In this document: positions 41,020 to 52,484 of the stretch, piece by piece | How positions within the stretch are numbered: position 1 is the first letter of the stretch | Layout: the number at the start of each line of letters is the position of its first letter | Source of the DNA: Candidatus Latescibacterota bacterium | GTDB taxonomy: Bacteria > Latescibacterota > UBA2968 > GCA-2709665 | Direction: 5' to 3' | Length of the DNA stretch: 64,000 nt | NCBI GenBank assembly: GCA_963667175.2 | Contig: CAXXXF010000007.1 | Coordinates: 128,001 to 192,000, forward strand | Notes under the pieces: model-generated | What the model was told of the DNA's origin: nothing | The model's database searches: none | What the model saw: the letters and a program-made list of their open reading frames with translations, nothing else | Program-made: the position numbers and the translations under genes

Positions 41020-41055
41020 CAGATGCTCCGTCCGTATCCCCGCGTTACCGACTGC

Positions 41056-41874
41056 CTACTTTCCAAGCTCCTCGGATCGCCGGGTCGCGGCCTCCACCGC
41101 CTTCATCAACGCGGCGCGAAATCCGCCCAGCTCCAGGGCCTGCAATCCGGCAATCGTCGTGCCACCGGCGGACGCGACCTGGTCTTTGAGCACGGCCGGG
41201 TGCTGCCCGCTCTCGATCACCATCTTCGCGCCGCCGAAAACCGTCTGCGCGGCCAGCTTGAGCGCGACGGGCTTCGGAATCCCCATCCTGACGCCCCCGT
41301 CAGCAAGCGCGTCGATCATCACGTACACGAAGGCGGGGCCGCTGCCGGAGAGCCCCGTTACGGCATCCATTTGTGCTTCACTCAAGCGTACGGACTCACC
41401 GACCGTCTCCAGAATGGCTTCAGCGGTCGCGATATGGGTTTCCTGCGCGAAACGGCCCGCGCAAATGGCGGAAACGGACACGCGAATCTGCGCAAGGATA
41501 TTCGGCATCGCCCGCACGACAGGGATCCTCCCGCCCAGAACTTCCTCGATCGCCCCGGTCCGTACGCCGCCCATAATCGAAAGCACCGTCTGCCGGTCGG
41601 TAAGGGCCGCTGACGCGGGCGCGACAACCGAAACCCAGATCTGGGGCTTCAGGCCAAGCACGACCACGTCGTGTTCGGCGGCTGCGGACGCGGCGTCGCG
41701 GCTGGTGTTCACCCCCAGCGCCGTGCGATGCGCCTCCAGCAACGTCGTATCGATATCCACGGCCGTCACCCGTTCCGGCGCGACGGCGCCGGACTGCGCC
41801 AGACCGGAAATCAACGCGCCACCCATATTTCCGGCGCCAATGACGGCGATGCTCTTGCTGCTTATCTCATCCAT
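41056..41874 (-). CDS. proC: Pyrroline-5-carboxylate reductase
   Basis: IGAGNMG, RAMPN, TGLSGSGPAF, SAGGTTI. Confidence 0.96.
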   Translation of the reverse strand: MDEISSKSIAVIGAGNMGGALISGLAQSGAVAPERVTAVDIDTTLLEAHRTALGVNTSRDAASAAAEHDVVVLGLKPQIWVSVVAPASAALTDRQTVLSIMGGVRTGAIEEVLGGRIPVVRAMPNILAQIRVSVSAICAGRFAQETHIATAEAILETVGESVRLSEAQMDAVTGLSGSGPAFVYVMIDALADGGVRMGIPKPVALKLAAQTVFGGAKMVIESGQHPAVLKDQVASAGGTTIAGLQALELGGFRAALMKAVEAATRRSEELGK

Positions 41875-41932
41875 ATGGGTGTTTCGATTCTCCGCGCCTG
41901 CGCGGCTCCCTGGTGTTCTGGAGGTTTGGGGA

Positions 41933-42862
41933 TCAACGGTTGACAAAGGTCAACCAGCCGTGACGGTCTTCCGTCTCCCCCGAAACGACGCCGAAGAAAG
42001 CGTCCTGAAGGGCTTTCGTGATGGGCCCGCGGGTCCCTGCTCCGATAGGAATGTGATCGATTTTCGCGATTGGCGTCACTTCGGCCGCACTGCCGGTAAA
42101 AAAGACTTCGTCGGCGATATATAGCGACTCTCGCGGAATGGCGCGCTGCGTTACCGCGTAGCCCAGGTCACGTGCCAGCGTGATCACCGAGTGACGGGTA
42201 ATGCCGGGCAGAATCGACGATCCGGTGGAGGGCGTGTAAATCGCGCCGTTCTTCACCATGAAGATATTTTCTCCGCTGGCTTCGCTCACGTGGCCCTGCG
42301 CGTCCAGCGCGATTCCTTCCACGTATCCGTCGGCGATCGCTTCCAGCTTGATCAACTGCGAGTTCATATAATTGGCGCCGACCTTGGCGAGCGACGGCAT
42401 CGTATTCGGCGCCAGCCGGTTCCACGAGGAGAACCGCACCTCGGCGCCCTTTTCGAGCGCTTCCTCCCCCAGATAGGCGCCCCATTCCCACACGGCAATC
42501 ACGACTTCGACGGGACAGGACGAGGGATCCACACCCAGACTTCCGTATCCTCGAAAGATCACGGGACGCACGTAACAGGCCTGAAGGCCGTTTGTGCGGA
42601 TAGATTCCAGAATAGCCCGAGACAATTCCTCAGGCTCGTACGGAATTGGCATCCGGTAAATCTTGGCCGAATCGTACAGCCGGTTCACGTGATCCGCCAA
42701 CCGGAAACAGGCCGGCCCGCTGTGCGTTTCGTAGCAACGAACACCCTCGAATACGCTGGATCCGTAATGCACGACGTGCGACAGCACGTGAATTCTCGCG
42801 TCGTCCCAATCCACGAACTTTCCGTTGAACCAGATCTTGTCCGCCTTCGGCATCGGAGGCAT
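41933..42862 (-). CDS. ilvE: Branched-chain amino acid aminotransferase
   Basis: [31 protein letters not shown]. Confidence 0.96.
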   Translation of the reverse strand: MPPMPKADKIWFNGKFVDWDDARIHVLSHVVHYGSSVFEGVRCYETHSGPACFRLADHVNRLYDSAKIYRMPIPYEPEELSRAILESIRTNGLQACYVRPVIFRGYGSLGVDPSSCPVEVVIAVWEWGAYLGEEALEKGAEVRFSSWNRLAPNTMPSLAKVGANYMNSQLIKLEAIADGYVEGIALDAQGHVSEASGENIFMVKNGAIYTPSTGSSILPGITRHSVITLARDLGYAVTQRAIPRESLYIADEVFFTGSAAEVTPIAKIDHIPIGAGTRGPITKALQDAFFGVVSGETEDRHGWLTFVNR

Positions 42863-42961
42863 TTCTAATCCTTTTTGGATGAATGGACGCTTTTCCCGTG
42901 GAATCCCCAGCGGAAATAATGCCGGCATCGGCAACCCACGAAGGCGAATCCCACGTTGCCG

Positions 42962-43795
42962 CTATTGGCTTTTGCAATTCTGCCTGACGGTATCGCAAGA
43001 CGCCCTGAGCGCGCGACAGATACGCTCAAACTGGGGTATGGAAATCGCTTCCGGTCTCAACCTGAAGTCGATTGCCGCTGCCGCGCCCGCGCGTTCCAGG
43101 GCCGCAGTCCCGCCGTTCACGATTCCACGCAGGGTATTTTTCAGCATCTTTCGCCGCTGGGCGAATGCCGTCCGGACCACGCGAAAGAAAAAATCCTCAT
43201 CCTGAATCCGGTAGGGAACTTCCCCCTGGAAGTCCAGCCGAATCACGGAGGAAAAGACCCGAGGCGCCGGAAAAAACACGCCTGGACTCAGGTCGAACAA
43301 CCTCCTGGGCCGGGAATACAACTGAACGGAGATCGAGAGGACCCCGTATTCCCTGCTGCCCGGCGCGGCGACGATTCGACAAGCGACCTCCCGCTGAACG
43401 GTCAGGACGGCTCTCTTTAACCGGCAACGGGATTCCAGGATCCGATGGAGTACCGCGCCCGTGATGTTGTACGGCAGGTTGCCGACCAGAACCGCCCTTT
43501 CGAATCCTTCCGCGCGAATCAGGTCATGAAAATCGATCGTCAGTACGTCCTGGTTGCGCAGGCGCAATTCGCTACCGAATCGGGACCGCAGAAAACCGCA
43601 CAGCGCCTCGTCCCGCTCGATGCCGATCACCCTGGCCGATTCCGCCAGCAGACGGCCGGTCAGTGCGCCGCGGCCGGGGCCGATTTCGACGACCAGATCG
43701 TCGGCGCCCGCGCAGACCGCCTTCACGATCCTGTGGACAGACCCCGTGTCGGTCAGGAAATGCTGTGCCAGGCCCTTTTTGGGCTTGTTCATCAC
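42962..43795 (-). CDS. rsmA: 16S rRNA adenine dimethyltransferase
   Basis: LAQHFL, EIGPGRGALT, GNLPYNI, FAQRRKML. Confidence 0.95.
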   Translation of the reverse strand: MMNKPKKGLAQHFLTDTGSVHRIVKAVCAGADDLVVEIGPGRGALTGRLLAESARVIGIERDEALCGFLRSRFGSELRLRNQDVLTIDFHDLIRAEGFERAVLVGNLPYNITGAVLHRILESRCRLKRAVLTVQREVACRIVAAPGSREYGVLSISVQLYSRPRRLFDLSPGVFFPAPRVFSSVIRLDFQGEVPYRIQDEDFFFRVVRTAFAQRRKMLKNTLRGIVNGGTAALERAGAAAAIDFRLRPEAISIPQFERICRALRASCDTVRQNCKSQ

Positions 43796-44565
43796 GTCAA
43801 CCCGAATAGCCGAACGGCGTTTGCGGTGGTTCGGGCTGCGAGGCCTTCCAATGGCTCGTCCGCGCAGCCCGCGATAAATTCGGCGATCTGCCTGACGTAG
43901 GCCGGTTCATTCCGCCGTCCCCGATACGGCGCCGGCGCAAGATACGGGCAGTCGGTCTCCAGAAGCACCCGATCGGGCGGAGCGCCCATCGCCACGGGCA
44001 ACGACGTGGAACGTGTATAGGTCACCGTTCCGCCGAATCCCAGATGGAAGCCAAGATCCACGGCCCGTCCGGCCTGGCCCTCACGTCCGCCGAAACAGTG
44101 CAATGCCCCGCCGGCCGCCTGGCCGCCCTCGGCCTCGAGGATGTCCATCACCCGGTCCTCCGCGCCGCGACTGTGAATAATGAGCGGAAGTCCCGCCTGA
44201 AGCGCCAGGTTGATATGGAAGCGAAAAATCCGCTCCTGGAGAGGTCGGGGCGCATAGTCCCGAAAGAAATCCAGACCCGTCTCACCCACCGCCACAACGT
44301 TTTCATTCGCGGCAAGCCGGCCCAGCGCCGCCAGGCCGTCCGGGTCGGCCAGTTCGACGTCGTGCGGATGGAATCCCGCAGTTGCGAAGACTCCCTCGTG
44401 CCGGCAAGCCAGATCCAGCGCACGCCGGCTTACGTCCAGGTTTGTGCCGACGTTCACGATGCGGGTTACCCCTGCCGCCCGGGCCCGCCGGATCGTCGCC
44501 GCTTCCTCCCCGAGAAACTGTGGAAAATTCAGATGGGCATGGGTATCGACAAGCATTGTCCTCAA
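43792..44565 (-). CDS. tatD: TatD family hydrolase
   Basis: DTHAH, GETGLD, IHSR, LETDCPYLAP. Confidence 0.93.
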   Translation of the reverse strand: MRTMLVDTHAHLNFPQFLGEEAATIRRARAAGVTRIVNVGTNLDVSRRALDLACRHEGVFATAGFHPHDVELADPDGLAALGRLAANENVVAVGETGLDFFRDYAPRPLQERIFRFHINLALQAGLPLIIHSRGAEDRVMDILEAEGGQAAGGALHCFGGREGQAGRAVDLGFHLGFGGTVTYTRSTSLPVAMGAPPDRVLLETDCPYLAPAPYRGRRNEPAYVRQIAEFIAGCADEPLEGLAARTTANAVRLFGLT

Positions 44566-46466
44566 CCCACCTCCGCTCCGTCGGGAACATCGGCGTCCGG
44601 CTGCAGCAGAGCGACACGCCCGTCCGCCGACGCCGCCAGCAGCATCCCTTCCGACGCCACCCCGCGGATTGTCGCCGGCTCCAGATTCGCAACCACCACA
44701 ATCTGACGGCCAACCAGCGATTCGGGGCGGTAGTGTTCCGCGACTCCGGCGACGATCTGCCGACGCTCTTCACCCAGACTGACCCTCAGCGTCAGCAACC
44801 GGTCGGCGCCGGAGACCCGTTCGGCGGACTCCACCCTGGCCACGCGAAACTCGAGCTTCTGAAACTCCTTGAACGGTACCAGATCCTCTTTCCTTTCAGC
44901 CATTTCAATAGTCTCCGAGAAATCCTGTTCGATCGATTCGATCCTGGGAAAAATCGGACCGCGCGCACTCACCTGCGCTCCTGCGCGAAGTCCGCCCCAG
45001 AGGCGAAGGCCCTGTATCGTCTGCGTTTTCACGTCGCCATCGGCGCCGATCTGCTCCCACATCTCGTCCGCCTTATCCGGCAGCACCGGAAAGAGCAGCA
45101 CGGCCAGATAGCGCATGGTTTCGAGAAGGCCGTAGATCGTCGCCTTCAGCAACTCCCGGTTTTCCGGATCCCTGGCCAGGTTCCAGGGCGCCTGCGCTTC
45201 CGCGAACCGGTTGGCCTGCCGAACAAGGTCCCAGATCGCATCCAGGATTCCCGTGGGGTTCATGTTGCCCAGCGCATCCATCACGCCGTCCAGTGTGCGG
45301 TGCGCCTGCTCCTTCAACGCGGTAAGTGCGGGGTGATTCACATCCGATTCGGGGACTTGCCCGTCCAGGTACCGGCAGGCCATGACCACGGTGCGATTCA
45401 GCAGGTTGCCCAGATCGTTCGCCAGCTCGGAATTGTACCGGTGGATAAATCCCGTTTCGCCGAAGGTGCTGTCCGTACCCAGCACCATCTCGCGAACCAG
45501 GAAATATCGAAAAGCGTCTACGCCGTATTTCTCCGCCAGATCCAGGGGTCGTATCACGTTGCCCAGTGACTTGCTCATCTTCTCCTCGTCGACAAGCCAC
45601 CACCCGTGGGCCATCACCGTTTCGGGAGTATCGACGCCCATCGCCTTCAACATCGTCGGCCAGTAAATACAATGGGTCGTCAGAATATCTTTGCCGATCA
45701 GGTGGCAGGAAGCCGGCCACCACCGTGCGAAGGCTTCGGTATTCTGAAGATAACCCGCAGCCGTAATGTAGTTGATCAGCGCGTCGAACCACACGTAACA
45801 CACGTATGATTCGTCGAATGGCAACGGAATGCCCCAGGACAATCGGGCCTTCGGGCGGGATATGCACAGGTCGTTCAGCGGCCGGCGCAAAAAGCCGAGC
45901 ATCTCGTTTCTGCGCGTGGCGGGAAGCACAAGCCGCGGGTCGTTCCGGATGCGGTCTGTCAGCCACGCCTGGTATTTCCCCATTCGAAAGAAATAATTCT
46001 TCTCCGATATCCTCGTCACCTCCCGCCCGCATTCCGGGCATTTCCCGTCGACCAGATCCTTCTCCGTCCAGAACCGTTCGTCCGGCACACAATACCAGCC
46101 CTCGTAGTCGTCGGCGTAGATTTCTCCGGCGTCGTAGAGGCGCTGGAGAATGCGCTGTACCACGCGCCGATGCCTGGGTTCGGTTGTGCGAATGAAGTCA
46201 TCGTACGAGACATTCAATGACGACCAGAGCCTGCGGAAGCGTTCGACCATCTCGTCACAATGATCCTGCGGGTCCACGCCTCGGGCTTTCGCCGCCTGCG
46301 CCACTTTCTGACCGTGCTCGTCCGTCCCGGTCAGAAACAGCACTTCGTCGCCCGCAAACCGATGATATCTGGCGAACACATCCGCAATGACGGTTGTATA
46401 CGCGTGTCCCAGATGCGGCTCGTCGTTCACGTAGTATATCGGGGTTGTTATGTAGAACCGCCCCAT
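44562..46466 (-). CDS. metG: Methionine--tRNA ligase
   Basis: YYVNDEPHLGHAY, YVWFDAL, KMSKS, C-terminal tRNA-binding domain. Confidence 0.98.
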   Translation of the reverse strand: MGRFYITTPIYYVNDEPHLGHAYTTVIADVFARYHRFAGDEVLFLTGTDEHGQKVAQAAKARGVDPQDHCDEMVERFRRLWSSLNVSYDDFIRTTEPRHRRVVQRILQRLYDAGEIYADDYEGWYCVPDERFWTEKDLVDGKCPECGREVTRISEKNYFFRMGKYQAWLTDRIRNDPRLVLPATRRNEMLGFLRRPLNDLCISRPKARLSWGIPLPFDESYVCYVWFDALINYITAAGYLQNTEAFARWWPASCHLIGKDILTTHCIYWPTMLKAMGVDTPETVMAHGWWLVDEEKMSKSLGNVIRPLDLAEKYGVDAFRYFLVREMVLGTDSTFGETGFIHRYNSELANDLGNLLNRTVVMACRYLDGQVPESDVNHPALTALKEQAHRTLDGVMDALGNMNPTGILDAIWDLVRQANRFAEAQAPWNLARDPENRELLKATIYGLLETMRYLAVLLFPVLPDKADEMWEQIGADGDVKTQTIQGLRLWGGLRAGAQVSARGPIFPRIESIEQDFSETIEMAERKEDLVPFKEFQKLEFRVARVESAERVSGADRLLTLRVSLGEERRQIVAGVAEHYRPESLVGRQIVVVANLEPATIRGVASEGMLLAASADGRVALLQPDADVPDGAEVG

Positions 46467-46630
46467 TCAACCAACCTTCCCCGTTTCTGACCGGCTGTCA
46501 GCGATTGCGCCGCCGGTCGAAGCCAACCCGCCGTGAGACGGCAGACGCGAGACGAAAGAAGCGTCAAAGCGCGAGAGACCCCTGGTGGCGGATCCGGCCA
46601 TCGTCCGGATTACGCCCAGCTACACATCGT

Positions 46631-47728
46631 TCATACTGAGTTGGCGTTCTGACCGTGCGCAGCCTGTTTGCCTACGCTCCTGATCTCGCGCCAGAGTGAA
46701 ACGAGGCCAACGTAGAGATTGACGTTGCGGCGATTCATCTCGCGCAACGACTCGATCTTTGCAGCCGCGCGCTGCACGTCCTCAAGGCCGAACGCGCGGG
46801 ACAGCCGTCGTATATCGTCAACCCTTCGACGGTGGGTCACGCTGCCGGAATCGCCATAGAGGAGTACCAGAACGTCCCGCAGCCACACCTCCGCGCCGCC
46901 GAGCAGTCGCAGGGCTTCATCCCGGTCTGAAGCCAGTTTTTCAAGCGCAGCATGGGTTCTGGCCTCGTCGTCCCACAGGAGCGCCGCCAGGAACCGGTAC
47001 GCCCGGCCCTGCAGGTCATCGACTTCATTCTCAATCATGTCCAGCGCGCGCCTCAGGTTTCCGCCGCAGGAACGCGCGACGGACGTCGCCGTATCGGCGT
47101 CGACTCCTGACCCGTCCATCAACATCCCGACCATATCGTCAATCGCCACTGCCGGAAACGCCACCCACTGACATCGGGAGACAATGGTCGGAAGCAGGGT
47201 CTCCTGCATGGATGAGGTTAGAATCAACAGAGACCGTGAAGGCGGTTCTTCCAGCGTCTTGAGCAGCGCATTGGCAGCTTCCGCGCGCATCCGATCCGCG
47301 TGCAGGATGACCGCCACCCGCCACCCGCCACCGAACGCGCCGTATGCAAACTGCTTCTGAAGCGTTCGAATCTGCTCGATGGAAAGCGTGGCGTGATCGG
47401 CGGGCAGCGGATAGCCGTAAGGATCGCTTGCGACCTGCCGCAACGTCTCTCGTTCCATATCGGGCGGCGTTCGCGCTGAAAACGGAAACAGCAGGGTAAG
47501 GTCCGGGTGGTTCAAAGCCGCAGTCTTCCTGCATCCACGGCAATTCTCGCAGCACCCCGCCCTCCCCTGGTCGCAGTAAAGGCTTCGCGCCATTTCAAGG
47601 GCTGCGGCAGTCTTGCCCGCGCCCTCGGGTCCGGTGAACAGGAGCGCGTGCGGCAGATTCGGACCGCGAGCCATCCGCTCGAGCCTCTCTATCAGGCGTT
47701 TCTGCCCTGTCACTGCGTGGCTGAACAT
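46631..47728 (-). CDS. holB: DNA polymerase III delta' subunit
   Basis: HALLFTGPEGAGK, C-x6-CxxCxxC, HPD, ANALLKTLEEP, LPTIVSRC. Confidence 0.92.
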   Translation of the reverse strand: MFSHAVTGQKRLIERLERMARGPNLPHALLFTGPEGAGKTAAALEMARSLYCDQGRAGCCENCRGCRKTAALNHPDLTLLFPFSARTPPDMERETLRQVASDPYGYPLPADHATLSIEQIRTLQKQFAYGAFGGGWRVAVILHADRMRAEAANALLKTLEEPPSRSLLILTSSMQETLLPTIVSRCQWVAFPAVAIDDMVGMLMDGSGVDADTATSVARSCGGNLRRALDMIENEVDDLQGRAYRFLAALLWDDEARTHAALEKLASDRDEALRLLGGAEVWLRDVLVLLYGDSGSVTHRRRVDDIRRLSRAFGLEDVQRAAAKIESLREMNRRNVNLYVGLVSLWREIRSVGKQAAHGQNANSV

Positions 47729-47749
47729 GCGCCGACGCCCGTAACCTGA

Positions 47750-48256
47750 TTAATGTAAAGCCGCGCCTGCGGCGTTCACGTGGTCTGAAGAACGTCCGTT
47801 CAACGCTTTCAACATCACAAATGCATCTTCGCCCGTCGAGCGGTAATATCCGCGACGAATCGCAACCGTCCGAAATCCGAGTTTTCCGTAGAGCCCGATC
47901 GCGGACCGATTGGAAACGCGCACCTCGAGGGTTACGATCTGCACGTTTCGACCCGGCAACCGTTCCATCACGGCCTCCAGAAACCGCCGCCCGAGTCCGC
48001 GTCGCCGAAGACCGGGATGTACCGCAAGATTGGCCAGATGATATTCATTGGCCACAAGAAAGCCAACCGCATACACGACGACCCGTTCGCCGCACATGTA
48101 AACGGGACAATACCTGTTTCCCCGGTTCAGCGCGTCTTCAAAGTCCGTTCTGTGCCACGGGTCCGCGAAACCCTCGCGTTCGATTTCCAATACAGCGTCG
48201 AGATGCCCTGCGTCCATTTCGCAGAGCATACAATCGGAGGTCGCCCTGTCTCGCAT
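47750..48256 (-). CDS. rimI: Ribosomal protein S18 alanine N-acetyltransferase
   Basis: NLAVHPGLRRRGLG, LEVRVSN, RRGYY..EDA. Confidence 0.9.
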   Translation of the reverse strand: MRDRATSDCMLCEMDAGHLDAVLEIEREGFADPWHRTDFEDALNRGNRYCPVYMCGERVVVYAVGFLVANEYHLANLAVHPGLRRRGLGRRFLEAVMERLPGRNVQIVTLEVRVSNRSAIGLYGKLGFRTVAIRRGYYRSTGEDAFVMLKALNGRSSDHVNAAGAALH

Positions 48257-48290
48257 CGAATTCGGTCTCCCGGTAGCGGGCGCCGCCCCG

Positions 48291-48974
48291 CTATCGTGCA
48301 ATGCCGGCACTCTCCGCCTGACTCAGGCGATGGTATTCGGGTTCCGCCGTCGTCGCGTCGACCGCGTTTCCGGCCCGCAGGCTTTCAACCCCCAAAAGCG
48401 CGACGGATGAGCCGCTGGGATGGATGAACGCCGGGGCGAACCGGGCGTCCGTGCCCATATACTCCCGGATCCGGTTCCGGTAAGTCACGCCGCCCTCGCC
48501 GACAATCAGCACAGGTCCTGGCAGCCTCGGCATCAATTCGTCGAGAGGCGTCGCCGTGTCCGGACGGCGCGCCGCCAGACAGCCGCCGTCGAGACCGTAC
48601 ACGCCCGCATAGACGTTTCCGCGACGGGCATCGAGCATTGCACAGACCGGCAGCCCTTCAATCACAACCTGCGCCGCCAGGCCCTTCAGCGTCGGCACGG
48701 CCAGAAGCGGCAGGTTCAACGCGAGACACAGGCCCTTCGCCGCGGCCATGCCGATACGCAGCCCCGTAAACGAACCCGGCCCCGACCCCACCGCCACGCC
48801 GGCCAGGTCCGCGAATTCGACTCCCGCGTCCCCCATGGCCCGTTCAGCCATCGCCATCGTCCGTTCCGAGTGCCGCAGCCCGGTATTCTGCGAAAAGGAC
48901 GTGAGCACCCGATCGTCGTCCACCAGCCCGACACTGCACACCGGTGTCGAGGTTTCAATGCCCAATACGTACAT
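48291..48974 (-). CDS. tsaB: tRNA threonylcarbamoyladenosine biosynthesis protein
   Basis: LGIETST, HSE, GPGSFTGLRIG, DARRG. Confidence 0.94.
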   Translation of the reverse strand: MYVLGIETSTPVCSVGLVDDDRVLTSFSQNTGLRHSERTMAMAERAMGDAGVEFADLAGVAVGSGPGSFTGLRIGMAAAKGLCLALNLPLLAVPTLKGLAAQVVIEGLPVCAMLDARRGNVYAGVYGLDGGCLAARRPDTATPLDELMPRLPGPVLIVGEGGVTYRNRIREYMGTDARFAPAFIHPSGSSVALLGVESLRAGNAVDATTAEPEYHRLSQAESAGIAR

Positions 48975-48991
48975 CGCGCCGCCCGGCGACG

Positions 48992-50014
48992 TCATAACAA
49001 GCGCCCCTGATTTCCCTCCGGCGGGGTTAGTCCAAGGTGACGATAGGCCAGCGCCGTGGCCTGGCGCCCCCTGTGGGTACGCAGCAGATAGCCTTCCTGA
49101 ATCAGGTACGGCTCGTAGACGTCCTCAATGGTATCGGATTCTTCGCCCAGGGCCGCTGCCAGGTTGTTCAGGCCAACCGGACCGCCGCCGTACTTCTCGA
49201 CCAGCAGGGCAAGAAGCCGGCGGTCCATCTCGTCCAGTCCTTCGTTATCTATGTCGGCCAGTTCCAATGCGCGACCTGCGACGTCGAGGGTAATCGTTCC
49301 CTGCGCGCGCGCCTGCGCGTAATCCCGCGACCGACGCAACAACCGGGTCGCGATCCGTGCGGTACCCCGAGACCGGCGCGCAATCTCGAAAGCCCCCTCG
49401 GGCTGAATGTCGATCTTCAGTATTCGTGAAGCACGCTCAACGATGGTCTGTAATTCCGGCTCGGTGTAAAAGTCCAGCCGTTCGACGATTCCGAACCGGT
49501 CCCGCATCGGACCGGTCAGCAGGCCGTAGCGCGTGGTGGCGCCGATGAGCGTAAAGCGGTCGAGGGGCACCCGGTAAGAACGCGCCCCGGGTCCGCTGTC
49601 GAGCATAATGTCCAGCACGAAGTCCTCCATCGCGGGATACAGCGTTTCCTCCACAACCCGGTTCATCCGATGGATCTCGTCAATGAAGAGGACGTCTTTT
49701 TCGCCCAGGTTGGTCAGCAGGCCGGCGAGGTCCGCGGCGCGTTCGAGCACGGGCCCGGAAGTCGGCACAATTTCGGCCCCGAGTTCGTTGGCGACCACGT
49801 ACGCCAGCGTTGTCTTACCCAGCCCCGGTGGACCGTACAGAAGCGCGTGGTCCATGGCGTCTCCCCGGTGCATTGCCGCATCCACCGCGATCCGCAGTTT
49901 TTCCTTGACCTTCTCCTGCCCGGTCATGTCGGCGAATCGCCCCGGGCGCAACTGGTCTTCGCCTTCAAGCCGGTCCTGGTCCTGCATATCGGGATCGCTT
50001 ATCCGTCCATCCAT
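48992..50014 (-). CDS. ruvB: Holliday junction helicase
   Basis: [30 protein letters not shown]. Confidence 0.98.
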   Translation of the reverse strand: MDGRISDPDMQDQDRLEGEDQLRPGRFADMTGQEKVKEKLRIAVDAAMHRGDAMDHALLYGPPGLGKTTLAYVVANELGAEIVPTSGPVLERAADLAGLLTNLGEKDVLFIDEIHRMNRVVEETLYPAMEDFVLDIMLDSGPGARSYRVPLDRFTLIGATTRYGLLTGPMRDRFGIVERLDFYTEPELQTIVERASRILKIDIQPEGAFEIARRSRGTARIATRLLRRSRDYAQARAQGTITLDVAGRALELADIDNEGLDEMDRRLLALLVEKYGGGPVGLNNLAAALGEESDTIEDVYEPYLIQEGYLLRTHRGRQATALAYRHLGLTPPEGNQGRLL

Positions 50015-50057
50015 GCCGGTCTGTCTTCCGTTATCGTACGGGACCCTTGCATGTTTT

Positions 50058-50651
50058 CTACAGTCGCCTGAGCGCCTCTCGAATGATCTCTTCTACGGGC
50101 GCTTCGTTACCCTGGTCGCCAATCACACGGTTCACCACGCTGCGGGCCTGAATCTGGGGGACGCCCAGACCCGCAAGCGCCATTGCCGCTTCCTCAGCCC
50201 TTCCCGCAACCTCGGGCGAGACCCGGTCCCGGATTTCGTCATCGGGAACATCGCCGATCCGGTCCTTCAATTCCAGCACCAGCCGCTGCGCCAGTTTCTG
50301 GCCGATCCCCTTGATCTGCGTGAGTCCGCGGGCGTCTTCAGACGCCACCAGCCTGCGAAAAACCCGGATTTGAACGCCGGAAAGAATCTTCTGGGCCAAC
50401 GGGGGCCCGATGCCGGATACCGAGATCAACAGCTCGAACAGGTCCCGCTCGGCCTCCGTCGCGAACCCATAGACCGTCAGCGCGTCCTCGCGGACGTGCA
50501 GATGGGTCAATATTCTGAGATTCTCGCCCGGCGCCCGGCTGGCGTTATAGCTTGACAACGGAATGTGAACGCAAAAGCCTACGCCTGCAACGTCGATAAC
50601 CAGATGCGTCGGGCTGTTCTCGGCCAGCTTGCCTTCGAGATAGGCGAACAT
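50058..50651 (-). CDS. ruvA: Holliday junction branch migration protein
   Basis: [26 protein letters not shown]. Confidence 0.96.
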   Translation of the reverse strand: MFAYLEGKLAENSPTHLVIDVAGVGFCVHIPLSSYNASRAPGENLRILTHLHVREDALTVYGFATEAERDLFELLISVSGIGPPLAQKILSGVQIRVFRRLVASEDARGLTQIKGIGQKLAQRLVLELKDRIGDVPDDEIRDRVSPEVAGRAEEAAMALAGLGVPQIQARSVVNRVIGDQGNEAPVEEIIREALRRL

Positions 50652-50655
50652 TCAG

Positions 50656-51315
50656 CTACCGACCCTTCCGTTTCGCCCCGGTTGCCCGGGTCCTGCCGAC
50701 GCCCAGTTGGGAGAGCTTCTCATTCAAGCGGTCCATCCGCCCTTCGCGCGCGGGTCCCGCGACGGTCGCCGTCCTCCTTTGGCCGGCGGCCCCGTCACGC
50801 TGGCCGAGATTGCCCGGCACTCGAAGCCGGTTCACGTGGCACACTGCAACAGCCAGCGCGTCGGCAACGTCGTACGAACCGGTCACGCGTTTCTCACCGA
50901 ACAGATTTCGCATCATGAACTGCACCTGTTCCTTGGATGCGCCCCCGCGACCCACGACGGACTGCTTTACCTCCCGAGGCGCGTATTCGAAGACGGGAAG
51001 GTCGGACCTGGCGAGCGCCACCATGATCGCCCCGCGGGCTTCGCACATCTTCATCAAGGTTTTCACGTTGGCCTGATAGAAGGCGTGTTCGACCGCAACC
51101 TCGTCAGGCGCGTATTCCTCAACCAGCCGCAGCACGCCAACGTGAATCTCCAGCAGCCGCTCGGAAAAAGAAAGCCTTGCGTCGGGTCGCAGGCGCCCGC
51201 ACGCGACCAGCCGGCTCTCCCTGCGCCGGGATTCCACAACTCCGTAACCGGTGATGACGCTGCCCGGGTCGATACCTATGACGCGCAAAAGGTCCGCCTT
51301 TCGAGGTGTACTCAA
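50656..51315 (-). CDS. ruvC: Crossover junction endodeoxyribonuclease
   Basis: IGIDPG, VAVE, VKQSVVGRG.ASKEQV, DVADALA; C-terminal extension. Confidence 0.95.
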   Translation of the reverse strand: MSTPRKADLLRVIGIDPGSVITGYGVVESRRRESRLVACGRLRPDARLSFSERLLEIHVGVLRLVEEYAPDEVAVEHAFYQANVKTLMKMCEARGAIMVALARSDLPVFEYAPREVKQSVVGRGGASKEQVQFMMRNLFGEKRVTGSYDVADALAVAVCHVNRLRVPGNLGQRDGAAGQRRTATVAGPAREGRMDRLNEKLSQLGVGRTRATGAKRKGR

Positions 51316-51375
51316 CGTGCGTTCAGGAGACCGCGCCAGGCTTCCGTGCGCAGTCCTGCAAGCGGGCCCGGACGG

Positions 51376-52128
51376 CTATGGCGAAATCAATGCGGCGAGC
51401 TGCTCGTCATCCATTTCGAAGTTCGCATAGACCCGCTGTACGTCATCCTGGGATTCCAGCGTCTCCAGGAGCCGAATCACCTGGGCCGCTGTCGCTCCCT
51501 CAACGGGAACCGTATTCTGCGGCACCCGCGTCAACTCTGCGCGCTCAATGGGAATCTGCCGGGCCGCAAGCGCCTTCTGCACCGCGTCGAAGCCCTGCGA
51601 CGGGGTGTAAACCTCGTACACGGCGTCTTCTTCAATGATGTCTTCAGCGCCGGCTTCGAGGGCGGCCATCATCAACGTGTCTTCATCGACGCTGTCACGC
51701 GACACGACAACCAGCCCCTTCTGATCGAAGACCCAGGCTACCGATCCGCTTTCGGCCATGCTGGCGTTGTGCTTGTTGAGAAGATGGCGCACCTGCGATA
51801 CCGCGCGGTTCTTGTTGTCCGTCAACACCTCGATGAAGATGGCGACGCCTCCGGGACCGTATCCTTCGTAGACCGCCGACTCGTATGATTCGCCCGGAAG
51901 GTCGCCTGTTCCCTTCCTTACGGCGCGCTCGATGTTGGCAGCCGGCATATTTTCCGACTTGGCGTTCAAAATGGCGGCCCTCAGCCGCGGGTTGTTCGCC
52001 TCGTCGCCGCCGCCCTCCCTCGCGGCTACCGTGATTTCCCTGATCAGCCTGGTAAACAGCTTGCCGCGGGCGGCATCCGCGCGTCCTTTCCTGTGCTTGA
52101 TATTCGCCCATTTCGAATGACCGGCCAT
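51376..52128 (-). CDS. yebC: YebC/PmpR family protein
   Basis: MAGHSKWANIKHRK, YEGYGPGG. Confidence 0.96.
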   Translation of the reverse strand: MAGHSKWANIKHRKGRADAARGKLFTRLIREITVAAREGGGDEANNPRLRAAILNAKSENMPAANIERAVRKGTGDLPGESYESAVYEGYGPGGVAIFIEVLTDNKNRAVSQVRHLLNKHNASMAESGSVAWVFDQKGLVVVSRDSVDEDTLMMAALEAGAEDIIEEDAVYEVYTPSQGFDAVQKALAARQIPIERAELTRVPQNTVPVEGATAAQVIRLLETLESQDDVQRVYANFEMDDEQLAALISP

Positions 52129-52419
52129 GGACCGCCCACCTCCTTCGGATGGCTAAGGAATCCCTCACGAAAAATCGCCCTAACTATTTGATAATATAGA
52201 AACAAATAGGTATTTAGGCAATACAAAAAGGAGCGGATTCAGATGCGTATTCGCTTTCGCCGATTCAGGCTCCACACCGCGGTGAAGCACCGGGCCGCAA
52301 GATGTATTCCGGGCGATGCGAGCTTCAGTCACTCGATGCCGGCCCGGCCGCCGCAACGCGTTCCCCCTCCAGACCTCGGATTGATTCCGAGGTCATCCCG
52401 TTACGGAGAATGGTCTGCC

Positions 52420-52459
52420 AAAAAAGAAAGAAGGGCGATGTCCAGGAGGACATCGCCCT
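52420..52459 (-). terminator. Intrinsic terminator after the EF-G gene
   Basis: AGGGCGATGTCC-loop-GGACATCGCCC followed by TTCTTTCTTTTTT. Confidence 0.8.
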
Positions 52460-52484
52460 GAGGCCGTCGGTTCATCGTTCCGAC

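Noticed and set aside
46467-46630. Possible T-box or SAM riboswitch upstream of metG
   Set aside because: GC-rich hairpins only; no T-box or S-box consensus and no terminator
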